DNA from: Candidatus Thorarchaeota archaeon
GTDB taxonomy: Archaea > Asgardarchaeota > Thorarchaeia > Thorarchaeales > Thorarchaeaceae
Direction of reading: 5' to 3'
Assembly: GCA_048882325.1 (NCBI GenBank)
Contig: JBHLRS010000003.1
Coordinates: 1-64,000, forward strand
Length of the DNA stretch: 64,000 nucleotides
Shown here: positions 8,694 through 17,651 of the stretch, piece after piece
Layout: each line of letters opens with the position of its first letter
How positions within the stretch are numbered: position 1 is the first letter of the stretch
Notes under the pieces: generated by a model
The model's database searches: none
Told to the model about the DNA's origin: nothing
Seen by the model: only the letters and a program-made list of their open reading frames with translations
Program-made: the position numbers and the translations under genes

Positions 8694-9975
8694 AGATGAC
8701 AAAGCCTAGAAACAACAACCATCCAGTCCCGATTCCAAGCATAAGTAAGCCCAAAGGTGTAGCAACTCTCGCAAAATCCTTCATTAGAATCGGTTTCTTT
8801 TCTTTTTCTGCAAATACCAGAGCCAAAATATTCGCTGGAGCCCCAATTGGCAAAATGAACCCTCCCACATTAACAGCGAAAATCAATGCAACAGGTAGAA
8901 TGGGACTTACAGTTGCGAACTGCAGTGCAATGGGAGCTAGAACGGCTGAAACGGGTATGTTATCAATAACAGAAGAGAGTAGTGCTGGTACCCATGTCAT
9001 AAACACTATTCCAAGTAGGACATTGTTTCCAATTAGTTGACCAATTCCAACACCAAGTGCATCAATGACTCCTGTGAAATCAAGTGCCGCCACAAGACCA
9101 AACAATCCCACCAAGAAGAAGATTGTACCCCAGTTCACACGTTTTAAAATCTCATCCACCCATTCTCGAGCAAGTATGAGAAGTGCTGATGCTACAGTTA
9201 TCGCAATCAAAGATGGTTGTAGAGGGAATGGTTCTAATCCCGGACCCATTGTGAATCCAAGAATAAGAATTCCCATAGCTATGATGGACAAGTAAAAGTC
9301 CAATCGTGATCGAATCATATACTGAGGATTAATCAGCATCATCTGAGACACTAGGTCTTCTTCTGATGGGTGTAGTTGATCTTTGAACACACGCATAAAA
9401 ATTGGGATTGAAACAACAAACAGAATCAATGAGAGAGGTAAGAGCGTAACAAGCAGAAAGCCTGGATCTACGTGTGCTTTTTCAGCTATAAGCAGATTTG
9501 GGACAGCTCCTACAATAGAAGGAATTGACGCAAAGTTACAGGTGACAGCTTCTGAGATAAGAAATGGTCTGAAATCAATATCAAGTGCCTTACAGATTTC
9601 TACAGTAAGAGGTCCCATAATAAGCATTGTAGAAGTGGTATCAAAGAACAAGGAGATTACGAAAACAAATCCAAGTAATGACATGAACAGCTTCTCTGTC
9701 TGCCCCTGAGTCGGTCGAGTGAGACTGAGAGCGAGAAACTGAAACATTCCTGATGCTGCTGCAATTGTAACAATGATGAACATAGACGTGACAAACAGGA
9801 TTGTATTCCATTCAATACGGTCAATTATGACAGAGAATGCTCCTTGACCTGTCACCCAGAGAACAATCCCTGCAGCTCCCATCCCTAGAAGTGCAGTCGC
9901 TGTTCTGTTAACCTTCTCTGATGAAATTGCGATGTAAGTGGCTACGAATATTGCTATAATTAATTCTGCAGTCAA
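8692..9975 (-). CDS. ArsB/NhaD-CitMHS family (P-protein/SLC13-like) permease, paralogue 2
   Basis: SLFFDTTST, SIPSIVGAVPNLLI, SSVIDNIP, PIGAPANI; multi-TM. Confidence 0.85.
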   Translation of the reverse strand: MTAELIIAIFVATYIAISSEKVNRTATALLGMGAAGIVLWVTGQGAFSVIIDRIEWNTILFVTSMFIIVTIAAASGMFQFLALSLTRPTQGQTEKLFMSLLGFVFVISLFFDTTSTMLIMGPLTVEICKALDIDFRPFLISEAVTCNFASIPSIVGAVPNLLIAEKAHVDPGFLLVTLLPLSLILFVVSIPIFMRVFKDQLHPSEEDLVSQMMLINPQYMIRSRLDFYLSIIAMGILILGFTMGPGLEPFPLQPSLIAITVASALLILAREWVDEILKRVNWGTIFFLVGLFGLVAALDFTGVIDALGVGIGQLIGNNVLLGIVFMTWVPALLSSVIDNIPVSAVLAPIALQFATVSPILPVALIFAVNVGGFILPIGAPANILALVFAEKEKKPILMKDFARVATPLGLLMLGIGTGWLLFLGFVI

Positions 9976-9989
9976 TTCACATCATACCT

Positions 9990-11408
9990 CTAATTCTCAG
10001 ATCCATTTGCAGGTGTTATATCGTTACTCCGTCTGAGATGCGGCAATAGAACGAAAATGAATCCAACAGCTCCAAGGATTGATCCGCCAATTATTGTGAC
10101 ACTCAGTCCAATAAACTCCACCAGTAACAAATACACATTCCCTATAATTAGATGCGCCATACCTGCCTTTGTACCCGCTATTGCAAAGTCGCGATAGGAT
10201 ATTGGATCATGTTCTCTCTCAGAGAATCCAATAGCAACCATGTTTGAAGGTGATCCTAGTGGTGTAAACACATTTCCGCCAACCCCGACTGCAAACACAA
10301 GTACGAGAGGGAGTAATGTGCTAACGCTTGACAGCGTGACCGCGACTGGCGCAAGAACTGCAGATACTGGTAGATTGTCAAGGAATGCAGATAAGATGGC
10401 AGGTACCCAGAGCATGAAGACTATTCCAGCAACTGAGTTGTCGCCAATCAAACTCTGTAGGGATGCTCCAAGTTCATCAATCAATCCAGTGATGTTAAGT
10501 GCACCCACCAATCCAAAGAGACCTACAAGAAAGAAGACGGTGTCCCATCCAACTTCTGCCAGAAACTCCACTGCCCTATCATGGGCCAGAATTAACAGTG
10601 CTGAAGCGACTAGCAGAGCAACCATTACTGGGGGAATTTCAAATGAAGGTCCTAGAGCAAAACCTACAACCAAGAATGCAAATGCTATGACTGACGCATA
10701 GAAATCTCGTCTAGACTTTATCATTACTGTTGGGTCTATATCTAACAAAAACTCTACCTTGTGTGCATCACTTGATCCAAAGGAAGTGCTGTAATGTCTT
10801 CCAAGTATCATCCATGTAACTATCAACAAAATGAATGATAGAGGCATGAATGTGACAAAGAGAAGCCCTGCATCCAATCCTGTTTCATTTGCAATCACGA
10901 TATTAGGCACTGCTCCAACAATCGAGGGAATGGACCCAACATTGCAGACAATGGCTTCTGAAACAAGGAATGGTTTGAAGTCGATTTCTAGCGCTCTACA
11001 CACCTGGATTGTCAACGGTGCCATAATCAATGTCGTTGAAACATTATCAAGAAAAAGCGAGATGAAGAACACGAAGAGAAGGAACAAGGTGTACAAACTC
11101 TTGTGAATCCCTCCACTTGGCTTTGCGAGTGCTAATGCCAAATATTGAAACATACCTGATGCTCCCGCGACTGCTACTATTATCATCATGGCAGTTACAA
11201 AAAGGACTGTGTCCCATTCGATCTCCTCAATGAATTGGATAAAATCGTAAGTTTGGCCTAATGGATCCATAAGGTTCGTTGCCCAAAATACAACTCCCAC
11301 AATCGCCATTCCCAGTAGCGACATTCCTGTTCGATTCAGTTTCTCAGAACTAATCAATGCATAGGTGACAATAAACACAACAAGAACCGTTAATCCAAGG
11401 CCATCCAT
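9990..11408 (-). CDS. ArsB/NhaD-CitMHS family permease, paralogue 1
   Basis: SLFLDNVST, SAFLDNLP, TPLGSPSN; start placed at ATG 11408 by comparison with the paralogue. Confidence 0.85.
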   Translation of the reverse strand: MDGLGLTVLVVFIVTYALISSEKLNRTGMSLLGMAIVGVVFWATNLMDPLGQTYDFIQFIEEIEWDTVLFVTAMMIIVAVAGASGMFQYLALALAKPSGGIHKSLYTLFLLFVFFISLFLDNVSTTLIMAPLTIQVCRALEIDFKPFLVSEAIVCNVGSIPSIVGAVPNIVIANETGLDAGLLFVTFMPLSFILLIVTWMILGRHYSTSFGSSDAHKVEFLLDIDPTVMIKSRRDFYASVIAFAFLVVGFALGPSFEIPPVMVALLVASALLILAHDRAVEFLAEVGWDTVFFLVGLFGLVGALNITGLIDELGASLQSLIGDNSVAGIVFMLWVPAILSAFLDNLPVSAVLAPVAVTLSSVSTLLPLVLVFAVGVGGNVFTPLGSPSNMVAIGFSEREHDPISYRDFAIAGTKAGMAHLIIGNVYLLLVEFIGLSVTIIGGSILGAVGFIFVLLPHLRRSNDITPANGSEN

Positions 11409-11605
11409 TCTGTTATTATCACCATCCAACAATCTGGAAATTCTTTGCAGATACAATATCCACAAACACAGACCTAGGTTAGATTGCTGCCCCACTCATT
11501 AATCTGTCGTCAGTTTTCGATGGTACCAGGAGAAAATAACCAAACCAAATCCTTGATATTGTGGTGTCTTCGTAATCGCGAAAACAAGCTCACGGGACGA
11601 TTAAC

Positions 11606-13255
11606 ATGACAAATCGAATTGTTGCTCAAGCTTCAGAAGATGTTGACCTCTCTCATACAAAGACTGTCGTTGATCAGGAAGAGATTGCAGACACATATGC
11701 TCTGTATCTGGATGATGAGAGTCATTCTTTTGATGGCACAGCTGAGAAGATAATTTTCCCCACGACTGAGGCTGAGGTTGCTACAATAATAAAAGAGGCC
11801 TTTGCCAGTAGGACTCCAGTCACTATTCAAGGTGGTAGAACAGGTCTCACTGGTGCTGCTGTGCCTCTTGGCGGAATTGCTTTGAACCTCGAAAAAATGA
11901 CTCAGCTTCTATACATGAATTATGACGAGTCTGAAGAAATGTATTCAATCGCAGCTCAATGTGGCATGACTCTTGAAGACCTTGTCGAAACGGTGCAATC
12001 AAAGAAGCTCGACAAGTTATCAGGGAAGGGAACTCCCGAGCAACAAAAAGCACTGGAACGATTTCTTGGAGAAACAGACACATTCACTTTTCCAGTTGAC
12101 CCTACTGAAATGAGTGCATGGCTGGGTGGTATCGTGGCATGCAACGCATCAGGTGCAAGAACATTCAAGTATGGCGCTGTGAGATCATGGGTGTGCCATC
12201 TACGTGTGGTTCTGGCAAATGGCGATATTCTCGATATTGAACGCGGTCAGGTGAAGGCTGATAATGGCAAGTTTGTGATTGTTCTGAGTGATGGTTCAGA
12301 AATCGAAGTTACTGTCCCGTCTTATAAAATGCCAAGCACTAAGAACGCGGCTGGTCTCTATGCAAAACCAGACATGGATCTCATTGACCTATTTGTAGGT
12401 TCAGAAGGTATCCTTGGTGTAATAACAGAGGTTGAGCTTGGTCTAGTCAAACTTGAAGAGAACATCATGACTGTAATGGCCTTCTTCCCCAGCATTGAGG
12501 ATGCCGTCAATTTTACAATTGATGTTCGTGCTCCAGACTCACCTATCAAGATGGATTTCCTCGAGTACTTCGGGTCCAATGCAATTGAGATGATAAAGGA
12601 AAAGGCTGGTGCAGCAGGAATCAAGGTTCCTGCTATGAAGGATGATACGAAAGCCATCATCTTCTTTGAATTCTCGTTCACATCGGAAAACATGGAAGAG
12701 CTGGTCATGGGCCTTGAGGAGATCCTCGTGAAGAATAACACCTCCTCTGAATCAAGTTGGGCTGGAATGGATCGTTCTGAACTAGCTAAGATGAAGACAG
12801 TCAGGCACTTTGTCCCTGAAACCGTAAACGGTATCATCGCCCAGAGAAAAGCAGAGTATCCTGAGATACATAAAATTGGAACTGATATGGCAGTCCCAAA
12901 TGACGCTATCAAGGGATACCTGGAGTATTACATATCAACACTTGAGGAACAAGGAATGGAATATGTGATGTGGGGGCACATCGGTGATAACCATATACAT
13001 GTCAACATGCTCCCTCGCAATAATGAGGAAGTAGAACAGGGGATGTCCAACTACATGACCTTCGCAAAGAAAGCTATTGAACTTGAAGGAACAGTTGCTG
13101 CGGAGCATGGCATTGGGAAGTTAAAACGAGCGTTTCTAGAAGCCATGTATGGTGAACAAGGTATCTCTGAGATTCAGGCTGTAAAAAGATCTCTGGACTC
13201 AAAATGGTTAATCAACAGAGGTAATATGATAGCTGTCCCTGGTGATCTGAGCTAA
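11606..13255 (+). CDS. FAD-linked oxidoreductase, GlcD/D-lactate dehydrogenase family
   Basis: GGRTGLTGAAVP, GSEGILGVITE, GHIGDNHIHVN, AEHGIGK. Confidence 0.88.
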   Translation: MTNRIVAQASEDVDLSHTKTVVDQEEIADTYALYLDDESHSFDGTAEKIIFPTTEAEVATIIKEAFASRTPVTIQGGRTGLTGAAVPLGGIALNLEKMTQLLYMNYDESEEMYSIAAQCGMTLEDLVETVQSKKLDKLSGKGTPEQQKALERFLGETDTFTFPVDPTEMSAWLGGIVACNASGARTFKYGAVRSWVCHLRVVLANGDILDIERGQVKADNGKFVIVLSDGSEIEVTVPSYKMPSTKNAAGLYAKPDMDLIDLFVGSEGILGVITEVELGLVKLEENIMTVMAFFPSIEDAVNFTIDVRAPDSPIKMDFLEYFGSNAIEMIKEKAGAAGIKVPAMKDDTKAIIFFEFSFTSENMEELVMGLEEILVKNNTSSESSWAGMDRSELAKMKTVRHFVPETVNGIIAQRKAEYPEIHKIGTDMAVPNDAIKGYLEYYISTLEEQGMEYVMWGHIGDNHIHVNMLPRNNEEVEQGMSNYMTFAKKAIELEGTVAAEHGIGKLKRAFLEAMYGEQGISEIQAVKRSLDSKWLINRGNMIAVPGDLS

Positions 13256-13260
13256 TTCCA

Positions 13261-13536
13261 TCAGATTTGGGCTTGAACCTCAGCCTCAGTCATCTTGGCA
13301 CAGAGGTCCGGCTCCTCCTCACAGAGTCTCTTCATATCGTGAATCCCAAAAACGCGCCAGTACTCATGAAGGGCCACTTCAAGTGTCATCGCATCACTTC
13401 CTTGACATTTTGTAACAACACTTCTTATTCCAGCAGCCAACTCCTCCACTGAAGATTTTCTGATTTTCACTCTTCCCCAGTAGTCGCAATAAGCGCCACG
13501 ACATGGACCCTTGACCATAACACAATACAATGCCAT
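13261..13536 (-). CDS. Small Cys-rich hypothetical protein
   Basis: 91 aa ORF, CVMVKGPCRGAYCDYW motif, fills the intergenic gap. Confidence 0.6.
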   Translation of the reverse strand: MALYCVMVKGPCRGAYCDYWGRVKIRKSSVEELAAGIRSVVTKCQGSDAMTLEVALHEYWRVFGIHDMKRLCEEEPDLCAKMTEAEVQAQI

Positions 13537-13663
13537 GAAAAAGCCTCTAATGCATTGAGGTCTGCGACCTCTTGCTTATCTTAAGGATTGTCTCAGGGAT
13601 GTCACTACCCCATTCTTGAAATAGCCTAATATCTAACACTGCAGAATTCTCGGTGAACCTGAA

Positions 13664-14014
13664 ATGCAAGATGAATCCGAATCGTCCGATATTGGTCCCA
13701 AAATACAGAAAGAGAAAGAAACTGTGGGTAAGATGATTCGCTTGTACTGCGAGAAGAAACACAGCTCCACAGGAGGAACTCTCTGTACCGAGTGTCAGAG
13801 TCTGTTAGAGTACTCTCACAAGAGGTTGGAGGACTGTCGTTATCAAGAGGATAAACCAACCTGCAGGAAGTGTCCTGTCCATTGTTACAGACCTACGATG
13901 AGAGATGAGATTCGACGTGTCATGCGGTTCTCTGGCCCTCGTCTAGCATTACGTGCCCCTATGGACTGGATTAGACACCAGATTCATGATCGAGATGATG
14001 TTGATTCTGAATAA
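13664..14014 (+). CDS. YgbA / nitrous oxide-stimulated promoter family protein
   Basis: EKETVGKMIRLYC, LCTEC, KPTCRKCPVHCY, VMRFSGPR. Confidence 0.9.
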   Translation: MQDESESSDIGPKIQKEKETVGKMIRLYCEKKHSSTGGTLCTECQSLLEYSHKRLEDCRYQEDKPTCRKCPVHCYRPTMRDEIRRVMRFSGPRLALRAPMDWIRHQIHDRDDVDSE

Positions 14015-14133
14015 AGTGCATGAGCGGTCACAGATTTGACATGGATGTTCCATGACCAAACTAACACAGACACTATACAGTAGTTGATTGGTGAAGTGAA
14101 ATTTCCTTTAACACTGAGTTTAAATAGTGAATA

Positions 14134-14150
14134 ACGTAATACTATTACGT
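14134..14150. promoter_or_regulatory. Perfect palindrome ACGTAATA-C-TATTACGT, putative operator of the RHH gene
   Basis: 8-bp arms directly upstream of a BRE/TATA (AAAAGAAATATAAG 14153-14166). Confidence 0.55.
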
Positions 14151-14208
14151 GAAAAAGAAATATAAGCATCAATGTCCTATAATTACATGAAGATCTGAGG
14201 TGAAAGAG

Positions 14209-14547
14209 ATGTCAGAAAAGAAGAAACCAAGCACAGGTGGAGGCGTACAACTAAGCCTTCGAGAACAGCTCCTTGGTCGTTTATCCGATGAGGATCTTGC
14301 TTCAAAGAAGCGCGAAGTTTCAGTCATGACCAGAATGAGCGGCGACATTGTTGAGATTCTGGATGCACTGGTCGAACTTGAGATTTTTAAGAGCCGCTCA
14401 GAAGCTGTTTCAGCTTTTGTTGAACAAGCAATTTCTGCACGGATGAATCTCTTTGAAGAAATTAAAGCCCAAGCTGCAGATATCCGTCAACTACGTGACT
14501 CAGCAAAGAAGCACGCGTACGAAGCTTTTCAGGAAGATAACAAATAG
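14209..14547 (+). CDS. Ribbon-helix-helix (CopG/Arc/MetJ) transcriptional regulator
   Basis: VSVMTRMSGDIVEILDALVELEIFKSRSEAV pattern; GAGGTGA SD before ATG 14209. Confidence 0.78.
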   Translation: MSEKKKPSTGGGVQLSLREQLLGRLSDEDLASKKREVSVMTRMSGDIVEILDALVELEIFKSRSEAVSAFVEQAISARMNLFEEIKAQAADIRQLRDSAKKHAYEAFQEDNK

Positions 14548-14628
14548 TAAGTTCAATGCGAATTTTCCATAACTGATCAGCAGTGTAGATTATTCAATCA
14601 GAAAAAGGTAGGGAGAAAAAAGAGGGGT

Positions 14629-14648
14629 GGGGAGGAAATTGACTCCCC
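14629..14648 (-). terminator. Hairpin plus U-rich tract after the 14679-15005 gene
   Basis: GGGGAG-N8-CTCCCC preceded by A-rich runs on the + strand. Confidence 0.45.
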
Positions 14649-14678
14649 TGATTATTCCGTGGAACAATGATGTAATTC

Positions 14679-15005
14679 CTAGGAATCAAGCATAAACCCA
14701 ATCACACCTGGGTTCTCTCCAGGCCCAATATAGAGAGGGACCGGAATATATGCATCATCTCGATGATGCCTGATGGCATCCTCTGTTGGAGTCGCGAAAT
14801 ACGGCTTATCTTCGTATATTCTGACCTGGTCTTGGGTTGTGGTCTTATCATCCACAGCCTCTTCTATGAACACATCAGCTGATAGATCAGCTGTCGCGTT
14901 CATGCTCATCCAAGCAATGCCGATCAGTGTTCCAAAAACAGCAACTGATAAGACTAGCCAGATAGCTGCTGCGAACCCGAGTCTTGCAGACCTCTTGCTT
15001 TTCAT
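14679..15005 (-). CDS. Small N-terminally membrane-anchored/secreted hypothetical protein
   Basis: Basic N-terminus plus one hydrophobic helix, GAGGAG SD at 15011-15016. Confidence 0.7.
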   Translation of the reverse strand: MKSKRSARLGFAAAIWLVLSVAVFGTLIGIAWMSMNATADLSADVFIEEAVDDKTTTQDQVRIYEDKPYFATPTEDAIRHHRDDAYIPVPLYIGPGENPGVIGFMLDS

Positions 15006-15025
15006 TCTATCTCCTCGCTTAACTA

Positions 15026-15120
15026 GAGGTTTCTGGAATCGTAGGAAAACAAGAGCGGCGGTTGAGCCATTTTCAAATATTCATGACGCTCCTGTCTTCT
15101 CGAATCCATGCGAATACCTC
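15026..15120 (-). ncRNA. Long rod-like structured 5' leader (or sRNA)
   Basis: Minus-strand GAAGACAGGAGCG/CGCUCUUGUUUUC 13-bp stem with two G-U pairs, extended by UGGAUUCG/CGAUUCCA and GAGGU/ACCUC; begins about where the TTTATTAT box at 15142-15149 predicts a TSS. Confidence 0.55.
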
Positions 15121-15126
15121 ATAGAG

Positions 15127-15204
15127 TATTACATATTACATATAATAAAGTTTTTGCTTACATTCATATAACAGTAAGATATATTACATAATAGTGTAAT
15201 ATAT
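15127..15204. promoter_or_regulatory. Promoter with clustered TATTACA sites
   Basis: TATTACA x2 at 15127-15140; ATATATTACA-N6-TGTAATATAT palindrome at 15179-15204; minus-strand BRE/TATA at 15142-15156. Confidence 0.55.
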
Positions 15205-15299
15205 AATTTGAGACCCTCTATCCGGAAAATTCTCCTTCTATTTCTGTTCTCAACGGGTCGGATTGGAGGGTTTCATTTTATCACAAAATGAGTTTCTTC

Positions 15300-17102
15300 T
15301 CAGGAACTAAGAATCTCGGCTGCCTCTTTTGGTATCTCTCTGAAATCAGCGTCCTTGTCCTTTTCGTTGTAATAGACTACTATCTTCCTGTTTCTCTCAA
15401 TAATCCCTGAGTCATTCCATTCCATCCCTCTAAGGCGCGCCATCAAATCAATTGGATTGTACATCACATCAAGCAAAACATAGTGGTCTTCCTTCTCTCT
15501 GATTATTTCAGCTGCTGCTGATTCTGCTTTCAGGATGGCATCATACATCAGTTTTGGCTCACGATTCTGTTCAAACAGGGGTTCTATAATGCCTCGTGTA
15601 GATTCGATTGTGGCACCATAGTCGGTCAATGGCCAGAGTTTCTTTGGAAGTTCTATTTGTTCGATTTTGGCAGCCAAATGCTGAGTAACCTTCTCTCCAA
15701 GAATAGAATACGCAAACGCAAGGCTATGTGAAGCTGGACCACTCACTAAATGATTGAGATAGACATACCTAAGAAGAACGTGTCTAGGCGTTGGAATCCC
15801 TCCGTAATGGAAATATGCAGGGAAGATGAGTGGGTGCTTTTTGATTACCTCTCTGAGATCATTCCATTCTATAGGGGGAAAATTAGAATGACCTGGACTT
15901 CCCACATCATCATAGGCAAGGTCTTCATTTAACTCATCAAGAAGATTAGAACCAGGCTCAGGGACTAAGATATGGACCTGTGTTATCACATTTTTAAGAT
16001 CAAGAGACTTTGCTTTGAATAGACGTCGCCAAAGCATTTCAATATCGAAGAATTCCTCATCTGGAAATCCAACTATGAATGATAGGGTCACTGAAATTCC
16101 ATGATTAACAGCGTGACGCACACAATCAATCAATCTATCCAAATTGATTCGTTTGTTGATACTCTTTTGCATACGATCAGTAGCTGTTTCAATGCCCAAG
16201 AAAAGTCCAATACAACCGGCCTTACTCATTTTGGAGAGCAAGACCTCATCAATTGTATCAAGACGAGCGCTACAGCCCCATCTGACTGGTTTCTTTAGTT
16301 TCATCAGACGGTTGCATAACTCTTCCAAATACTCCCGATTGAATGTAAGGAGGTCGTGATTGAAATTGAAGGGACGATTTCCAAGCTCTTTCTGAACCAA
16401 CTCGACCTCTTCGATTACACGTTCAACAGATTTTATGCGAAATCTTCTGCTGAAATATTTTGAAGTTGAGCAGAATATACAACCATAGGGGCATCCTCGT
16501 CCTACCTCAAGAAGTACGGGCTGTTCCTCGTATTCCTTGTGTTTTGAGCATACGTTATAGGAGGGTATTGGCAACTCATCAAGATTCTCTATTGGATCAG
16601 GCCATCCATTATCTATTATCCGACCATTCTCTCGGAAAACCAGACCCTTAACTGAATGTTGTTTAACTCTACTGGTCAACTTGTTAATCCAGTCTGGTAA
16701 CGCTTGATCTGCCTCGCCTCGAATAATGGCATCAACTTGAGGGAACGCTTCAAGAACTTCTACAGCACAAAAGGATGTACCAGGTCCTCCAAGAACTGTG
16801 ATGATTTCTGGAAGCTCCGCTTTCACTCTCCGACACAACTCTAGTGCGATGATTAGATTGTTTGACATTGTCGAAAACCCTAGCACATCTGGATTCGATT
16901 CTACAATCACGTTTTTTATTGCATCAATTTGTTTTTCGAAATCTGGAGTGCAACCAAGATAATAGTTATACAGATTTATAATCTCGACATTGATTGAGTG
17001 TTCTCTTAGTGATGCAGCAAGAGCAAGAACTCCTAGACACTCCATCAGTGGGACTGGTTTTTCCATAGTGACCTGATGCGTCGCAACTAAACCTACTTTC
17101 AC
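15300..17102 (-). CDS. Cobalamin-binding radical SAM protein (class B methyltransferase-like), putative RiPP maturase
   Basis: N-terminal B12-binding fold (PDVLGFST...VLGGPG...DAIIRGEAD), GRGCPYGCIFC cluster motif, LGIETA, long C-terminal extension; GGAGGAGG SD. Confidence 0.9.
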   Translation of the reverse strand: MKVGLVATHQVTMEKPVPLMECLGVLALAASLREHSINVEIINLYNYYLGCTPDFEKQIDAIKNVIVESNPDVLGFSTMSNNLIIALELCRRVKAELPEIITVLGGPGTSFCAVEVLEAFPQVDAIIRGEADQALPDWINKLTSRVKQHSVKGLVFRENGRIIDNGWPDPIENLDELPIPSYNVCSKHKEYEEQPVLLEVGRGCPYGCIFCSTSKYFSRRFRIKSVERVIEEVELVQKELGNRPFNFNHDLLTFNREYLEELCNRLMKLKKPVRWGCSARLDTIDEVLLSKMSKAGCIGLFLGIETATDRMQKSINKRINLDRLIDCVRHAVNHGISVTLSFIVGFPDEEFFDIEMLWRRLFKAKSLDLKNVITQVHILVPEPGSNLLDELNEDLAYDDVGSPGHSNFPPIEWNDLREVIKKHPLIFPAYFHYGGIPTPRHVLLRYVYLNHLVSGPASHSLAFAYSILGEKVTQHLAAKIEQIELPKKLWPLTDYGATIESTRGIIEPLFEQNREPKLMYDAILKAESAAAEIIREKEDHYVLLDVMYNPIDLMARLRGMEWNDSGIIERNRKIVVYYNEKDKDADFREIPKEAAEILSS

Positions 17103-17145
17103 GTGAAAGCCCTCCTCCGAATAAACTTAGAATCCCTGGAACTGA

Positions 17146-17469
17146 TTAGGACAGTTTGCCAACAATATCTTTGAGGCCTGGGGGTCCAGGAGGTACCCAG
17201 TGTGGATGATCAGTTAAGAACTCGCCAATGGGGTCCCATGTCATAGCGACCCTCTTCCATTTTTGAGTATCAAAGAGATCGAATTGTTCCCAATCGATTT
17301 TTCCCAGTTTGGTAATTTCAGGTTGTTCCAGACGCTCCCAGATATCCAGTTGCTCTAACAAAGGCATTCCGTATTTAACAAGGGCTTTTCGAAAATCCTC
17401 ATCTCTTATCGCCGCCAGAATGATACCACGTGCAGCATCCTCTGAGCTTAATTTAGCTACATCACTCAA
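17146..17469 (-). CDS. NHLP/Os1348-clan leader-containing small protein, putative RiPP precursor
   Basis: AARGIILAAIRDEDFRKALV...LEQPEITKL resembles the nitrile-hydratase-like leader consensus; C-terminal tail TWDPIGEFLTDHPHWVPPGPPG; 43 bp upstream of the rSAM gene. Confidence 0.65.
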   Translation of the reverse strand: MSDVAKLSSEDAARGIILAAIRDEDFRKALVKYGMPLLEQLDIWERLEQPEITKLGKIDWEQFDLFDTQKWKRVAMTWDPIGEFLTDHPHWVPPGPPGLKDIVGKLS

Positions 17470-17651
17470 TAATCGTCCCTCTTCGTTTTCGTTGGCATGC
17501 TAGCCAAACCTGAAAGGGTCCTACTTATTATATCCTATCAAACTGTGCATAATCCCACAATTGTTTTTGAGCTGAAGGTCGTAATTCGAAAGACTCTTTT
17601 CCAAGGAAAGCGGTAGGTTACGGTTAGACACAACTAGGTAGGGTACAAGAC

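Noticed and set aside
11606-13255. Alkyl-DHAP synthase (ether lipid) assignment
   Set aside because: The C-terminal motif is EHGIG (GlcD/Dld type), not HHHGVG
14679-15005. Class III (pilin) signal peptide at RLG|FAAAI
   Set aside because: No K/R at -2 and no Glu at +5; only a generic anchor is supported
15045-15099. SECIS element (minus-strand stem followed by AUGA and an AAA run)
   Set aside because: No partner GA on the 3' side for the tandem G-A core, helix II does not form properly, and no neighbouring TGA-interrupted ORF
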